NCBI RefSeq assembly: GCF_009914755.1
Contig: NC_060932.1
Source: the human T2T-CHM13v2.0 reference genome, Homo sapiens
Direction: 5' to 3' (one strand)
DNA length: 64,000 nt
The notes under the pieces were generated by a model, which did not search any database, was not told where the DNA came from, and saw nothing but the letters and a program-made list of their open reading frames with translations. Each line of letters begins with the position of its first letter. Position 1 is the stretch's first letter. Of the stretch, positions 1-17,938 are shown piece after piece. Both the position numbers and the translations under genes were made by a program.

Positions 1-1950
1 CAGCTTCAGAATTTCTATTTAATTTTTTAAAAAATAATTTCAATCTCTCTGTTAAATATCCTATTTTGGTCATTTGTTCTTTTTCTAATTTCAGTTAATT
101 GTTTGATTTTTTTTCAGGTTATTAAGCTTTCTTAAAACAATTATTTTTAGTTATCTATCAGGCCATTTTTTTATCTTCATTTCTTTTGGAGTCAATTATT
201 GTGAGATTGTTGTGTTCTTTTGGTGGTGTTATGTCTCCTTGGTTTTTCATATTTCTTGTTGCCTTATGTTGATGTCTACACTTTTGGAAGAAGCAGGGAC
301 TTATTTCAGTGTTTGAAGAGTGGCTTTGTCTGGGAAAGCCCTTTACCAGTCAGCCTGCCCAGAGATTTTGAACAGGTTGTCTGGTATAGTCCAAAGGTGG
401 GTTTACTGCTGGAGTCCTCAATCAGGCTGACCTTGAGCCTGACTTAGCAGGTGGGTGGCCTGATGTCTGAGTCTGCAGAATTGAGGCTGAAGCCTGGATC
501 CACTAAGGTGGACCTGTTAATTGAGTGTGTGGGGATGGCCTGGACCCTGGGTTCACAGGGAGTAAACTGGTACAGGGATGGGCCTTAATTCTGAGTCTCC
601 AGGGGCAGACCAAGATCTGGGATGGGCCTAGTGCCTGGGATCACTGGAATGGACCTGGGCCCTGAGTCCACATGTGCTGGCTTGGAGCCTGCTTTCACAT
701 GGGGTGGTCTTGGAGCCTCAGTCCATAGGGTCCAGCCTGGCACTGGATGTATTGGGTGGGCTTGGGCCCTGGATCTCCTAGAGCAGGCCTGGCCTCTGAA
801 TCCTCTCAAGTCAGGGGCCACAGGGACTGGCCTGTGGCCTGGGCTGGCCTGGTGCTGGAGCTGGCATAGAATGTGGGTCCAAATGGGCTGGTCTCTAACC
901 TAGGATTTTAGGTTCTTGCCTGGTGTCTGGAGTCACTGGGGTTGGCCTGTAGCATGGGGTTGTGGGGATTGACCTGGAGCTTGTGTCCATTAGTGCTGGC
1001 CTGGAGACTGGATCTGCAAATGCTGGCCTGCAGGCTAGGTCCTTAAGTGTTGGCCTTGGTCCTGGGTCCTTGGGAACCAGTCTAGAACTTGGGTACACAG
1101 GGGCAGTCCTGCAGCCTGGGTCTGTGGTGATCAATCAATCCTGGGGTCTGCTAAGACCATCCTGAACACTGGGTCTGCTGATGTGTGAGGCTGCAGGGGC
1201 CAATCTGGACAGTGGGTCTGTGAGGACTGGCCTGGCACTGGGCAGGCCTGGAAACTGTATCTGCAGGTGCCCACCTGGTATTAGAGGCCAGCAGTGTTGA
1301 CTTGGTGCTAGGGTATGCCTGAATCCTGGGGGCACAGGGTCTGGTTTTGTGCTGAATGGGCCTATTTTCTGTTTCTGCAGGGTCTGGCCTATTGGCTGGG
1401 TCCATAGGTGCCAGCCTGTTGACTAGGATTGTGGAGGCTGGGATCATGGGGACCAGCCCATGGCTTGGAGTTGTCTGGAGCCCAGGGCTGCTGGGGCTAG
1501 CCTGGTATCGCCTAGGCTGGGCCTAGAACCTTACTATGTGAGAGCTGGCCTAGGGTCAGCATTAAGGAGATGGAGACCGAGTCTACTAGGCAGGCCTGAA
1601 GCTTGAGGCTGTGGGATCTGGCATAAGGCATAAGAGCAGGCTTGGATGCTCAGTCTACAGATACTGACCTAGAGCCTGGGGCTGTGGGCGCATGCCCAGT
1701 GCTGGGTTTTACTGGGGTGGATCCAGTGTTGGGGTCTGAAGCAAAGGTCAGTGCTAACTTATCTCTCTTTCCTTCAAATGTTGGGTATCTTCTGTCTCTT
1801 CTTTTTTTCATGCTATACCTAGGTGTGTAATCTCTCACCTCATTTCCCTAGACCTTGTGAAGATATTTTTGTGCATGGATAGTGATTCAAATTGATGTTT
1901 CTGCAGTGGGATGAATTTTGGAGAATTCTATTCTAACATCTTGCTGATGT
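1..1950 (-). mobile_element. Old L1 (L1M-type) 5' portion: long 5'UTR with degenerate tandem repeats plus start of ORF1
   Basis: Minus strand begins ACATCAGCAAGATGTTAGAATAG (~1950), resembling the L1 5' YY1-type start. ATG at 250 gives MKNQGDITPPKEHNN, typical of an old L1 ORF1 N-terminus, then is interrupted by stops. Recurrent GGCCTGGAGCCTGGG-like motif over ~430-1730. Confidence 0.8.
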
Positions 1951-2779
1951 TTATCTGACCATCATTTGCCTTCAGATGTGCATGTTACAGTCTCCTCTAG
2001 GAGCTCATCTTATCTACAGAGTCCAGATGCATTAAGGCTGTGTTCAGGCCATGATCTTTATTTTCAGTTTGTCAACTCTACTAATATTACCAAGTAATTG
2101 GTCTTAATTTTCCTTAGAAAGATAAAAGTCTAATTTTTAATTGTATAATTCAGGTGTGGATACCTCTTCACTATTTATAGAGTTAATTATAGATTATAAA
2201 ACTAATTATGCACTCTGTGGTTTTTCCCTCTGAAGCTGCTCCAGATAGTCTACATTCACCTTCACTACATCTTTGTGATGTGGTCATCAGATCAATTATT
2301 TTTCTCTAATAAAAAGAAAAGGAGGGAAGTGGTTTGCACAAGGTCACTGATCAAATTAGCAGTAAAACTTGGCAGCTTGAAGCTCGAGTCCCATGATTCC
2401 TGCTCCTGTGCTCAACCCAGAAAGCCCTGCTGCCTCCCAGAGCATGATGCTCTCTCAGGAATGGCTCCATGTAAGCTAAACAGGCAGACCTCCCCCTTAT
2501 GTTCAGCTACACAGAGAGGATGCAACCTACTGCATGGTCAAATCTGTTCTCACCCTTCAACCAAATAATAGCATATGCTAAAGAGATTACACAATGACCA
2601 AGAAGCAGCCCTCATCTTTATCCAGTGCAATGAACCCTGATGGAGCACCTCAGCCTTATAAACTCCTTGTTACAATGACAGAAAAAGCAGAGGTGTTATG
2701 TACCTGTCAGTCACATTAATATTTTTTTTTTAAAAAAATAGAGAGTTTAATACATGGAAGGTCCTAAGGTATTTCTCAT

Positions 2780-2900
2780 GGATTATCTCATTTAATCCTT
2801 ATAAAATATAATGAGGTACATATAATCATGCTGACACAAAACACGTAAGTGCCAGAGCAAATATCTAAACCCAAGTCTGTGTATCTCCAGCCTCCCATTA
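2780..2900. mobile_element. MIR fragment
   Basis: ATTATCTCATTTAATCCTT...AACCCAAGTCTGT, MIR core-like. Confidence 0.5.
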
Positions 2901-4671
2901 TTAGAACAGGAGGTGGCATGAAGGCAGAGCCTCACAAAACAGGTCACTGTCACTCATGGGGGTGGGAGAGACATTTATGTAAATCACTAGGGATGGAGAG
3001 GTTAAGTGGAATGAATGCGCCTCAGGTTAACTCTTGGCTGTAGTACTAATTTAATTTTGTGATCTTGGCATAGTGAAGTCCATTGTCAAAGAGATTCCAC
3101 ACAGATTGAAATGATTTTTAAGCACAACAGATGTGAGGGGATGGAATAATGATGAATATCCTCACAGAGGAGGGAACACACGGAAATTTGTCTTTCAAAT
3201 AGATTTGGATTCTGAATTTTTATCTGCCTATCAAGGCATTACTACTTTTTATTTTAAAGGCATTGAAGAACCACAGACAAGCTCCAGCATAAATATGCAG
3301 TATATCCTGGCACTTAAAAATATGCCCATTGAAACTGGGGCAGGTTCAAATTAAAGTGTTGCCAGTAAGCATAAAGGAGAGGAGTGAGTGAGTAATGTGT
3401 TACTTTCTAAACTGTAGAATAAATGGTTCATAAGCCAATTGCTGTGTGGTGAGTTTATCAGTTAGCAATCAAGTAACAAATTACCACAGATCAGTCATTT
3501 ATTTAGCTTATGGCCCATGAATCAGCAAATTGGTCTGGGCTCAGCTGGGTGGTTCTTTTGCTGGCTTTCTCTGAGATCTCTGACTTATGTATATATCTTC
3601 AGTAGCTGCCTGTCAGCTAGATGTTTCAGCTTCTAGGGCTTCCTGGGGCTGACGGTTCAGCTGGGGCAAAGGTGGTGATTGTACCACACATTTCTGATTA
3701 ACCAGTAGTCTAGCTCAGATTTCTTCATGCAGACTCAAAAGCAGCAAGAGAAGAATCCCCAATGCACATGCACTATTTCCATTATTTGCCTGCATAATAT
3801 TTATTTGTATTCCATTAGCCAAAACAAGTTACAAGATCAGACCAGACCCATGGAGGTAGAGGAAGATTCAACATTTGATGGCAGAGGTACAAAGCATTGT
3901 GGATATTTTTGCCATCTACCACAGTCTACTTTCTGGCCACAATAACTTATATTACTCTCACTTGTAAGAAATGCTCCCTAATTTAGATCCCCCAAAAGTC
4001 CAGGGTCTCAGTACCCCCTCAGATATGCATCCTTTATATCCAGATACTAATGAATTAAGAGAAGGTATATGCTCCCTACCACACACACTCTCTGTATGCA
4101 TATAGATACCCCATACAAATCATGCTGTGCCATACTCTACCATATAGTTATAACATTCCATAATAGACACTCTCAATCAAAACAGGCATTCACTGGTTCA
4201 TAAGAATTTTGAAATCCTGCAAGATAAATATGCCAAATTCCTTGCTCTATTGGCAGCAGATGTTCCTTAATTAGAGCTTTTCTGCTCCCTGGGAATGGTC
4301 TTCCAATCTGTTGCTTCCTAATCTATTGCTAATTCAAGATTAATGGCTTCCTAATCTATTGCTAATTCATGGCTGTTGGCTCCATCTCTTGGGCTTATGG
4401 TACCTTTTGGGAAATGTCATTTTCTCCTTATTAAAAAAAAAGGCCCATTTTGCAGGAGAGCAGCTGTCTAAATCTGCTTTCTTCAAGTGGAATTTTGGGA
4501 TCTCAGAGATCCTTTCTGAAATGTGAATAATTTCAGTCCCTTTAGGTCAAATGTAGTAGCTCTTTTGCTTCGATAAGTTTCTCAGAAGTCCTTTCATTTA
4601 GTTGAAAGGTATTTCTAGCACTACTCTAAATATTTTAGAGGTCTTACAATTGGCTTTTCAGTCACACTTGT

Positions 4672-5092
<421 letters not shown>

Positions 5093-7848
5093 TGCAGACA
5101 CACTTTTGATTTGATATTTACCATTAAGAATGTTTTACTAATTGAAGAGGCAGAACATGAGATTTTATTTTCTAACCCAGTAAATGCTGAGCCTTCTATA
5201 TTCTTTCTAAATTCTGCATATAAATGAAACAATTTTTTCTTTAACTCATCTCTTTCTTCCTGCCTCTTATCATAAGAGAATTGAAATAGCACTTTCAAGA
5301 TTCTGGCTGGTGGTCTCCTTAGCAAATCTGAAAATGTATTGGGTGCTTGCACTTTTCAGAGTTGCTGCAGCTGTAAGTTCTGCCAATTGTTTTGCTCCTG
5401 TAGAACTCCACTCACCATTTGCCAAACTTTGCAAATAACTTCTTCACTGCTTTTTCAGCTTCTGTCTGTTGCCTGGTCTCAAAGCCAGTGACATATATTT
5501 CAAGTTTTCTTTTGATAGCAGGCCACATTGGATTTCCAATTTTATTATCAGTTAGCTCTTCTAGCATAAAAGCTACTGCAAAACGTGGCTGCTTTAAACA
5601 ACCATCACTATTACAATTTTGTGGGTCAGCAGTTTGAGCTGTGCTCAGCCAAGTGGTTTTTTGCTGGTCTTTTGTTGCATTCACTCATGTGTCTGAGTGC
5701 ATTTGAGCTAAAAACTTTGCTTTTGGAGTTAACTGGCTGGGCAGGTTAATTGGGGCCATGACTGGGCCATGTGTTTTTCATTACCTGGCAGTCAAGCTCA
5801 GACTTTTCTACACAGCGAGATGGCAGGGCTCCTACGAACAGTATGGAGGAAGCTCTAGCATGCAAACCCTTCAAAGCTTCCACTTGTGTTACTTTTGTCA
5901 CCATTTCATTGTCCTAAGACAATCACAGCCAGTCCAGATTCAAGAGGGGTGGAGAAATATCTTCCTTTTTTTTTTTTCTATATTCTGTTTTCTGTAGCCC
6001 ATAAGTTTCTCCTTTTCTTTTCCTTTTCCATTTTATCTTTTTGTTGGACCACAGCCTTTTAAGAAATGGTGGGACTTTTGTTTATTTTTGTTGTCATTTT
6101 ACCACTCTTGCTTGAAAATGTCCTTATTCTGTTCTCACCTGATTCATAGTTTGCCTGGGTATGTAATCTGAGTAAGGGATATTTTGCCTGCCAAATTTTG
6201 AAAGTATCTTTCCACAGCTATCTTTTACATTAACTTTTGAAAAATCTGAAGATATTCTAAATTGTGATCCTTTGCATTTGACCTAAATTTCTTGTAATGA
6301 AACCGTGATTCAATTTTCATCTCTTAAAAAAATGTACAATGGTCATCCTTCAATGTGTTAGGAAGAATAACATAAGAAAGTAATGTGTGTAAAGTGCTTA
6401 GTGGAGATGTGGCAAATAGGAATTGCTTCCCAAATGGTAGTGCCATTCTTCACATTCACTCACTTCTATGGGGTAACTCCACACAAGGAATAAGGGCTTG
6501 GCACACACTGAGCCACTGCTCATTCTTCCAAATAGCCCACATCTTTTAAATGTTCTCAGATACATTTTGCAAATAGATTGACCAAAAAGGGAAAAAGATG
6601 GTTTTAGAGCTTTATTTGTGTCCTAACATTTTTGGATGAGAAATTTTTCTTATCCTTCTAGAAAGCTTTTATCACACTTGGGCAGTAATGTTGGTTCTAC
6701 ATATGTCTGGCAGTGTCTTTGACAAAGTTACGGGATCAAAATTGAAAGGAGAGCTTTTGGATTACATGCTAGCCAAGCTAATGCTGACTTCTGTTCAGAG
6801 AAAATTTGGATATTTATTCTTTACACTGAAGATCCCGACTTCCATTACACAGGTGATTCTATTTAAGAAAGAAAGAAAGAAAAAAGGGATGAGATGACAT
6901 TATTGAGCTAAGATGAAAATCTGAAAATTGTGATAAATACTCATTTCAAACCTTCTACAAGAAACACAGTTATGTGCCACTGCTAATTAGTGCTGAATAT
7001 TAGAGGATTAGAGAAATTGATCCAATATGAGATTTTTAAAATCCTTTCTCTATTTTATTCCTTAGTTCTCTTTCTTCAGCATTTCAGATGATGAAGAGGT
7101 GTTTAAAAATGACATAGCATCTCTTTATCATGCAAATCTGAATATAAAATGTGAATAAAATTAAATCATAAGCTGTAAGTTGAAGAAAAATAAAAACTAA
7201 ATTATTTTTTATTTTAGTTTTATTTTATTGAAGAAAAAAATAAATTAAAGTTGCTCTAAAAACCCCACTTTTCCCCCAAGAAATTAACCTTGTAAATACA
7301 TTTCCTTTTCCCTTCAGAAAAGAATTTATTTTTTTTGCAGGTGCAGATGGGAAATCAGAAAATATATTCAAAAGCATTTTAATTTTAAACATATGCACTT
7401 GATTGTTTACTATAGATATTCTCTGAGTTTGAAAAAGCATAAAGGCTCAACCAAGATACCGCAAAAATACCAAGCAAAAAGGTACATGGTAAAGAAAAAA
7501 TATTCACCAAAAGAATGTTTTAGTTATCACTGTTAGTTCTCATATCAATTCTATATCACATTATTATTGAATGTATTAAAAATATAGAAACAGGACGGAT
7601 ATTTTGGTCCATATTGACCAAGTCTGTAAATAATAAGTAAACCGATGCCATGTCTCAGACCACATTTCCAGTAGCTAACTTGGAAATCAATATCTACCTG
7701 CCATATGCCAGCATTTAAGGAAATCTCCACTTAATTGCCTTCTGGCCATATACATGAGTTGATGCTCATTGAATTATCCTGCAGCCTCCAAAAAATTTAC
7801 TATGTTTTAAAGAAAACTGACAAATAAATATAAAGACACAAATACCTA

Positions 7849-8263
7849 TGCCATGATTTGAATGTATCCTCAAAAGTTCATGTGTAGAAAACTGATTAAG
7901 TTTTAATGCAGTAGTGCAATGCAATAGTTTAATGCAATGCAATACTGTTGAGAGTTGGGACCTTTAAAAGGTGCTTAGGTCATGAGGGCTCTGCCCTCTT
8001 GAATGGATTAATGCTGTTATCTTGGGATTGATTTTGTTATAGAGGGGTTTTGTTGTAAATGTGTTTGGCCCTTTCTTGCTTTTCCTCCCTCTCTTTGTGC
8101 CCTTCCACCATGGAATGTTGCAGCAAGAAAGCTCTTGCCAGATACTGGCCTCTCAATCTTGGACTCCTCAGCCCCCCATAACTGTGAGCCAATAAATTTA
8201 TGTTCATTATCAATTACTCCGTCTTAGGTATTCTGTTATAGCAGCACAAAATGATCTAAGATA
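7849..8263 (+). mobile_element. MaLR solo LTR (MST-type)
   Basis: TGCCATGATTTGAATGT...CATGAGGGCTCTGCCCTCTTGAATGGATTAAT...AATAAATT...ATAGCAGCACAAAATGATCTAAGATA. Confidence 0.85.
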
Positions 8264-9128
8264 GTCTACAACTAATTGTAATAAAACACTGGGTATCATA
8301 TATGCTACAACACAAGTAAAAACACTCTATAGGTATACGGTCAGTGCCTCTGCTTTAACAAGGCTCAGACATTTGATAAAATTATACAATTATTAGTCTA
8401 CTAGTAATGTGTATAATGATGCATAAAAACAGGTAGTGACTGGAGGCACTGGAGGCACAACGACCAATTAGAACGTTGTTTCTTTATTCTAGGCCAGAGT
8501 TAATGAACACCTGAATCTGCGAATATGATTTGAATAGGAAAGAATGGGCAGATACAAGACATATTGTGAGGGGAATCTGAGGTTTGAGTAAAAGATTTCT
8601 TGCCATCCTAAAGGAAAAGAGTTGAGATGAAGGAATGAGTCATAAAATTAATATGAAGATTTTTACATCTACAGTCTTAAGAGTAATCGGATTTTCAAAA
8701 TTTGACCAAAATATAAGCCTCTTCAGCCATCAGAAGGACACTGTCTTCTGTAGAAATTGTAGATCTAGTACCTTCTCTGGGCTGCTCCTTGCCTAGGTGG
8801 GTCAGGCATCTCAAATGAATCTTTTGTATTTAATAAAAGTTATCTATGCAACTGGTACAAAATTAGACACTTGAAAAAAACACAAATTCAGATCAAACCT
8901 CTTCATTATGATTGAGTCCTTGCAACTTTTGAAAATTAATGGGCATCTGCTATGTTCTGGAGGTGCTTTGGCACCCAGGAAGAGGTAGCCCCAGCTGCCA
9001 GGTGAGGTCCAGACCAAAAGGCAGAAAGGTAACATGCAGTCTGTGCTGGTCATTTCTGCTTCTCTAATCATTGTCCTCCCCTCTTAAGTAGATAAAACAA
9101 CATTTTAAGGGTTGAAGAAAGAGGATAA

Positions 9129-9461
<333 letters not shown>

Positions 9462-9479
9462 AGAATCACCTCAATTTCT

Positions 9480-11830
9480 GCCAGCGCCACTCCACTGACA
9501 CCATCCTCACTGAGGCCACAGCGTCTCTGTAACTAAATCCAGTGGACACTTCTCTGCCTCTGTAGCAGTTGGGAGGAACAGAAATGGCAGAATAATAGAA
9601 AAAAAAAACAACTCAAACTGGTATAATCAAAGAAAGGACATTTATTCATTGGTTTACAAAATTTGAAATTCCCAGACTTCCAGCTGTGTACCAGTTGTTC
9701 CAGCAAAATCCCTAGCATGGAGTCCCATTGGCCTCACTGACTCACAGGCCTCTACTGTGCTCAGTGTGTGTGGGGTGGCTGGGGGTTCACAGGTGGAATG
9801 CTTGTACCTGGGCCACCGTAAGACCCATTGGGTGGAGTTTGCTCAAACCAAACTGAATGAACTAAAAGTAGAGGAGCCATTATTCCCCCACAGGAAAGCT
9901 ACATTCTCAGAAGCATGGGAATCCATACATATCTACTACAGTTTTTATTTTGTTTGACTTGACAGGAACAGTAGACATACTCTTTCCTTGCTATCTGTGA
10001 CATCATTTTGCTTTCTTCCACTTTTCTATCCTCTCAGTTTTCCTTACAGGATGTACTAGACCTGATTTCACTTTGCATTTTAAAAAATTCATTATGTAAT
10101 TTTAGAAATTGATTCAGCCATTCACCTTGACTCCTAGCTAGAGAGGCCAGATGAAAGCTACATTATTTAATCATTTGCAAAACTCCAGGTCCTGTCACCA
10201 GGACTGCATCTCTCCCCACTGCCATCTCTCTCAGATCTCCCAGCATTTAAGTTTTGGAAAGCCTCAGCTGTGCCCACTGTGGAGGGAGTACTAGAAGTTC
10301 CTACCAGGATTAGTGCTAAATACTCCCACAGAAGCTTCTGCTTTCTTGATGGCTGCCTAGAAGGGCTGGTTAGCACAACCAAGAAATGCGGGAAAGCTAA
10401 TGCACAGGAAGCTGGAGTGATCAATGAAAGGCAGCAAATAAGAGAGAGCCAGAAGAGACACTGCACACTCTTCCTCTGCCCAAGAGACTATTTCCAAGGG
10501 CAGTGGTTACACAAAATCTCTTTGGAGATGTCTTGCATAACCAAAACACCACACTGTGTTTCTTTTGAGGCTGTGGCAAAATATGTAACACATCACCATG
10601 TATTTGATTTCCTGCCTTTCCTATCTCACTTTTATTTTTCTCTTATTCTTACTGCCTGCTATGGCACACCCCTCAGCCCCACCACCACTCCCCATAGGAA
10701 GTCTGGGCTTAGACACAGGACCATCTTTCTCTGATCATCACACATTTACAGTGCTCTGTAGGGTTATTCCAAGGTCAGCTATCTTCTCACAGCACACATT
10801 TTTCTTGGGAGCATCACTCATGCCTGAGATTTCAATCACCAACCATAATCTGATGATGCCCATATCTTCATCTCCTTTGGGTTCTGCTCCTGAGCTCCAG
10901 ATCCACAGATTCAGCTGTTTCTGTACATCACTACTTAGAAGGCTCACAGGTATCTCCAGTTCAACATGCACAAAGCTTATCCACATGCCAAACTCAAACT
11001 GCTCTTTCCTTGATTTTTTTTTTTTTCTTAGTGACTGGCACCACCACGCACCCAGCTGTCTAAGTCAGACATCTGAGAATCACCTTGATTCTTTACTCTT
11101 TCCTACTGCTCACTCTGCATAACCTGTCTCTCTTCAGGCCTTGACAATTCTACCTCTAAATCCACCCCAGCCTTATTAACTTCATTCTGTCTCCACCACC
11201 AAACCTCTGCAAGCCATCCACTTAACCTCACCTGCATTCCTCCAGTCCATCATGCATATAGCAGTCTCTTTGAAATATCAATTCTAAAGGCTTTTTGTCC
11301 TCCTTAGGTGAATATTTTTTGATGTTTTGTAGTCTGCTTTGTATGCTCCACCTGTAGTTTCCACCTATATATTTTCAGGTTCATTGCTTGCCTCTCAACA
11401 ATCTAATGGGTGTAGGTTCCAGCCCTGTTGAACTTTGAGTTGTGGGGGCCGGGGGCCCTATGTTCTCTCTTACCTCTAAGTCTTCACGTAAGCTATTTCC
11501 TCTGCTTGAAAGAGTCCTCCCTCTTCTCTTCACCTTGTTAACTTACACTCATCCTTCAGCTATCAGCCTACATTCCCCTTCCTCCAGGAAGTCCTTCTGG
11601 ATCCCAACCATTCCTCCAGTCCAGTTCAGGAGTTCTTGCCATGATTCCCACTGCACCTGTATGTCTGCTGTCATTCATTACTTTACAGCACTTAATCAGA
11701 GGGGCCGTTTCATTATCCTTTTCATTTCCGTATAAGGTCAGGCCTTTGCCTACTGTGTTCATGGTCACTTTTCTCAGAACCTGGCCTAGTGATTGGCTTA
11801 AAAATATATCTAATATATAAACACATTTAT
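9480..11830. mobile_element. Composite of ancient repeats: L2 fragments interrupted by an MLT1-like LTR (~9570-9920) and an LTR16-like LTR (~10250-10716)
   Basis: L2 motifs (AATCCAGTGGACACTTCTC; CCTGAGCTCCAGATCC; CACCACCACGCACCCAG) and ERVL/MaLR-like LTR motifs. Subfamilies from recall. Confidence 0.65.
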
Positions 11831-13304
11831 AAGTGTTCTTGTTTCTTGACATTTTGGCAAATCTAGAACATGCAGTTTTGTCTTGCAGGAAGTTCACAAA
11901 TCTAGTATATGCTATCCTGCTTTTGCAGAGTCTTTTAACAGCTTTTCTTACAGAATTATATGAGATGGTATTATAATGACTTTTAAGACACTAAACTTTT
12001 AGCTAGGTGTCTTAAACTTCTAAGAAATATGAGCACAAGGATGTGAATGAAATCCCTATTACATATTTCAAGATCTGTTTCCTGCTTTGCATTCTACATT
12101 CTGGTTTTTCTGAAATATACGGCTTAAAACCTACAGTTTAAGAATCGATTTCACTGCAATTGAGTTGACTAAACACTCATCTTTATTGCTTTCCGGGGAC
12201 TATCACTTGTGCACAGGGAGCCTTGTATACACTTACAGTGCAGGCATTTTCAACCATGTCTCTCTTGGAGTTTATTTTATTTTTTTGTTTGTGTGATTAG
12301 CCTAATCTAATATAACTTTAAAGATTCATTCATGTAGCATTAAATTTTTATCATGCTAAATAGTCTATGGTAGTTTAAATTTGTTGATTAAAAACAGCCA
12401 AAAGACACTTAAAACATTTCTAAAAAATACTTTTTCTCTTAAAATGAGCAAGTCTCCAGACTCTTTAAAAAATATTTGTGGTGCTATAAAATTACATATT
12501 AAAAAATTCCAACACGTAAACATTCACCATGTTGTATAACACACTGCTTAGCAGCAAGATAAATTTCTCTCTAAAAATGTATTAGGTTAATATAGACCAT
12601 TAATTTGCAGGGTCTAGAAAAGTTATTTAAATTTTACTAATATAAACTGAATACCAGAGGTAAGAGAGTTGAAATACAGCATAATTCAACTCTAAAGCTG
12701 TTTTTAGATTTGGTTTCTCTAAGGAGAATTTGTAAAATTTCTTATACCAATCTGTGATAAATTTTTGTTTCAATTTTGATTTATAACTCTACTTTTAAAA
12801 TCAAGAGAGGCTATATTTTGCATAAATGAAACCACGACTTACCCTCTAGTTTCCTTAAGTGTATTTCTAAATACCTACATAAAGAAGTAGATACATGAAG
12901 CAAATAAATTTTGGTTTTTAAAAGAAAAGGCAGGCAGGAGAAATCTCTATTTTTTAATGATTGTCTATCTAGAATCAGTTTAAAATGGTAGATTGTCAAG
13001 GTAGGACAAATGTTCTAAATTTTAGCAGGCATTTTTCTTAAGAGATCTTTTTAGTTTCAATCTCACAGTGAAACCTAAAGTTCATTGTTAAAAAGTTGTC
13101 AGTAGGTTGGACAAATTCTAATCATACTAATATCACTCAAATTAATCTTGTGAAGGCAGTATTAAGAGTAGAAAATGGAAATTAATTAGGAAGGCAGTAA
13201 AGGAGGACTGCAAACAAAAAGATTTAAGTTGTTAGAGAAATAGTCTAGTAAATCAAAAACTTAGATGAGGAAGAAAAGCTAGATCTATATTTTTACATTA
13301 CCTA

Positions 13305-16697
<3,393 letters not shown>

Positions 16698-17387
16698 TGT
16701 TAATGGTACCAAATCCGTATCGGTCTGCCCCAACATCACTTTTTGCTTCCTCAGAAGAAAGAATTTGACTGAGACGCATAAGGCCGAATGAGAGACTGAA
16801 GCAAATTTAAAGCAGGAGTGAAAGTTCATTTAAAAGTTTTAGGGCAAGAATGAAAGGAAGTAAAGTACACATAGAAGAGGGTGAAGCAGGTAACGTGAGA
16901 GAGTCAGGTGCACGGTTTGACCTTTTGATTTGGGGTTTTATACGTGGGCACACTTCTGGGGTCTTGCGTTACTTCTCCCCTGATTTTTCCCTTGGGGTGG
17001 GCTGACCGCATGTGCAATGGCCTGCCAGCACTTGGGAGGCGCCGCATGCATAGTGTTTACAAAAATTGTGCACATGCTCACATGTTCCCTTACCTGTCGA
17101 GCGTACCTAGAGTAAGGTCATATACCAGTTAAATTCCGCCATTTTGCCTCTTAGTGCACATGCTTGAGCCTACTCGCCCAACTCCTGAGATCTTATCGGA
17201 AAGCTGGTCACCAGTTTCAGGTTTTTCCATCTATTAGGAGACTGCCTTTCCCGGTGCCGCTATGACCAATTATTACTTTAGAGAGACAGTTCGCCTGACC
17301 ATGAACTGATCATTACCTGACATTCTTGGTGTGTGGCGGGTGCCCTTTCCCGCCCTGCTCAGGTGGGCCTGACTACCTACTGTAACA
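16698..17387 (-). mobile_element. ERV1 5' LTR (LTR9/MER50-like)
   Basis: Minus strand starts TGTTACAGTAGGTAGTCAGG... and ends ...TAACA next to the PBS. Confidence 0.8.
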
Positions 17388-17938
17388 ATAGGCTCATGGA
17401 AATGAAAAATTATACTTAATTTATTATGAATAATACTCAATAAATATTACTCAAGTTGAAATAACCACTTGGGAAATTCAATGCTAAAGTCCAATTATCA
17501 CATTTTAAAATATTAAATATATATATCACTAATTTACTTTGAATTTTATTACAGTATCTAGATGTCCTCAGTAACTCAAGGTATTTGACAGTAAATAATC
17601 AAACTCTGAGACAAAAACCTACTTTTTAATGTATGTACTTTTCACTAGAACATACAAGTCTATTGTTAATAGAAAATACAAGGCAGCAAAAGCCTTTTGT
17701 CTTGAGACCGCACTAAAATTATGTATACAAGTGAGAAATATCTTCTATGTCCAAGAGATGATAAAAAAAATATTACTATCAGGAAATTTGTTTTTTTGTG
17801 CTTCATGAGATTTGTAGCTTTTTTATTTGCTTTATTAGGTTGTATAGGAAAGTCAACTGATTCTTGAAAGTGATGAATTTTTTCATTGATAATATTAATT
17901 AGCAGAAAACGTGCATATTACAAAACAGGGTTTTGCTA

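Noticed and set aside
585-1838. Several overlapping Pro/Gly-rich ORFs
   Set aside because: By-product of the GC-rich degenerate array in the L1 5'UTR; no protein family signature.
10167-11122. 154-aa and 174-aa ORFs
   Set aside because: Lie within LTR16-like and L2 remnants; no domain recognised and not preserved in the paralogous copy.
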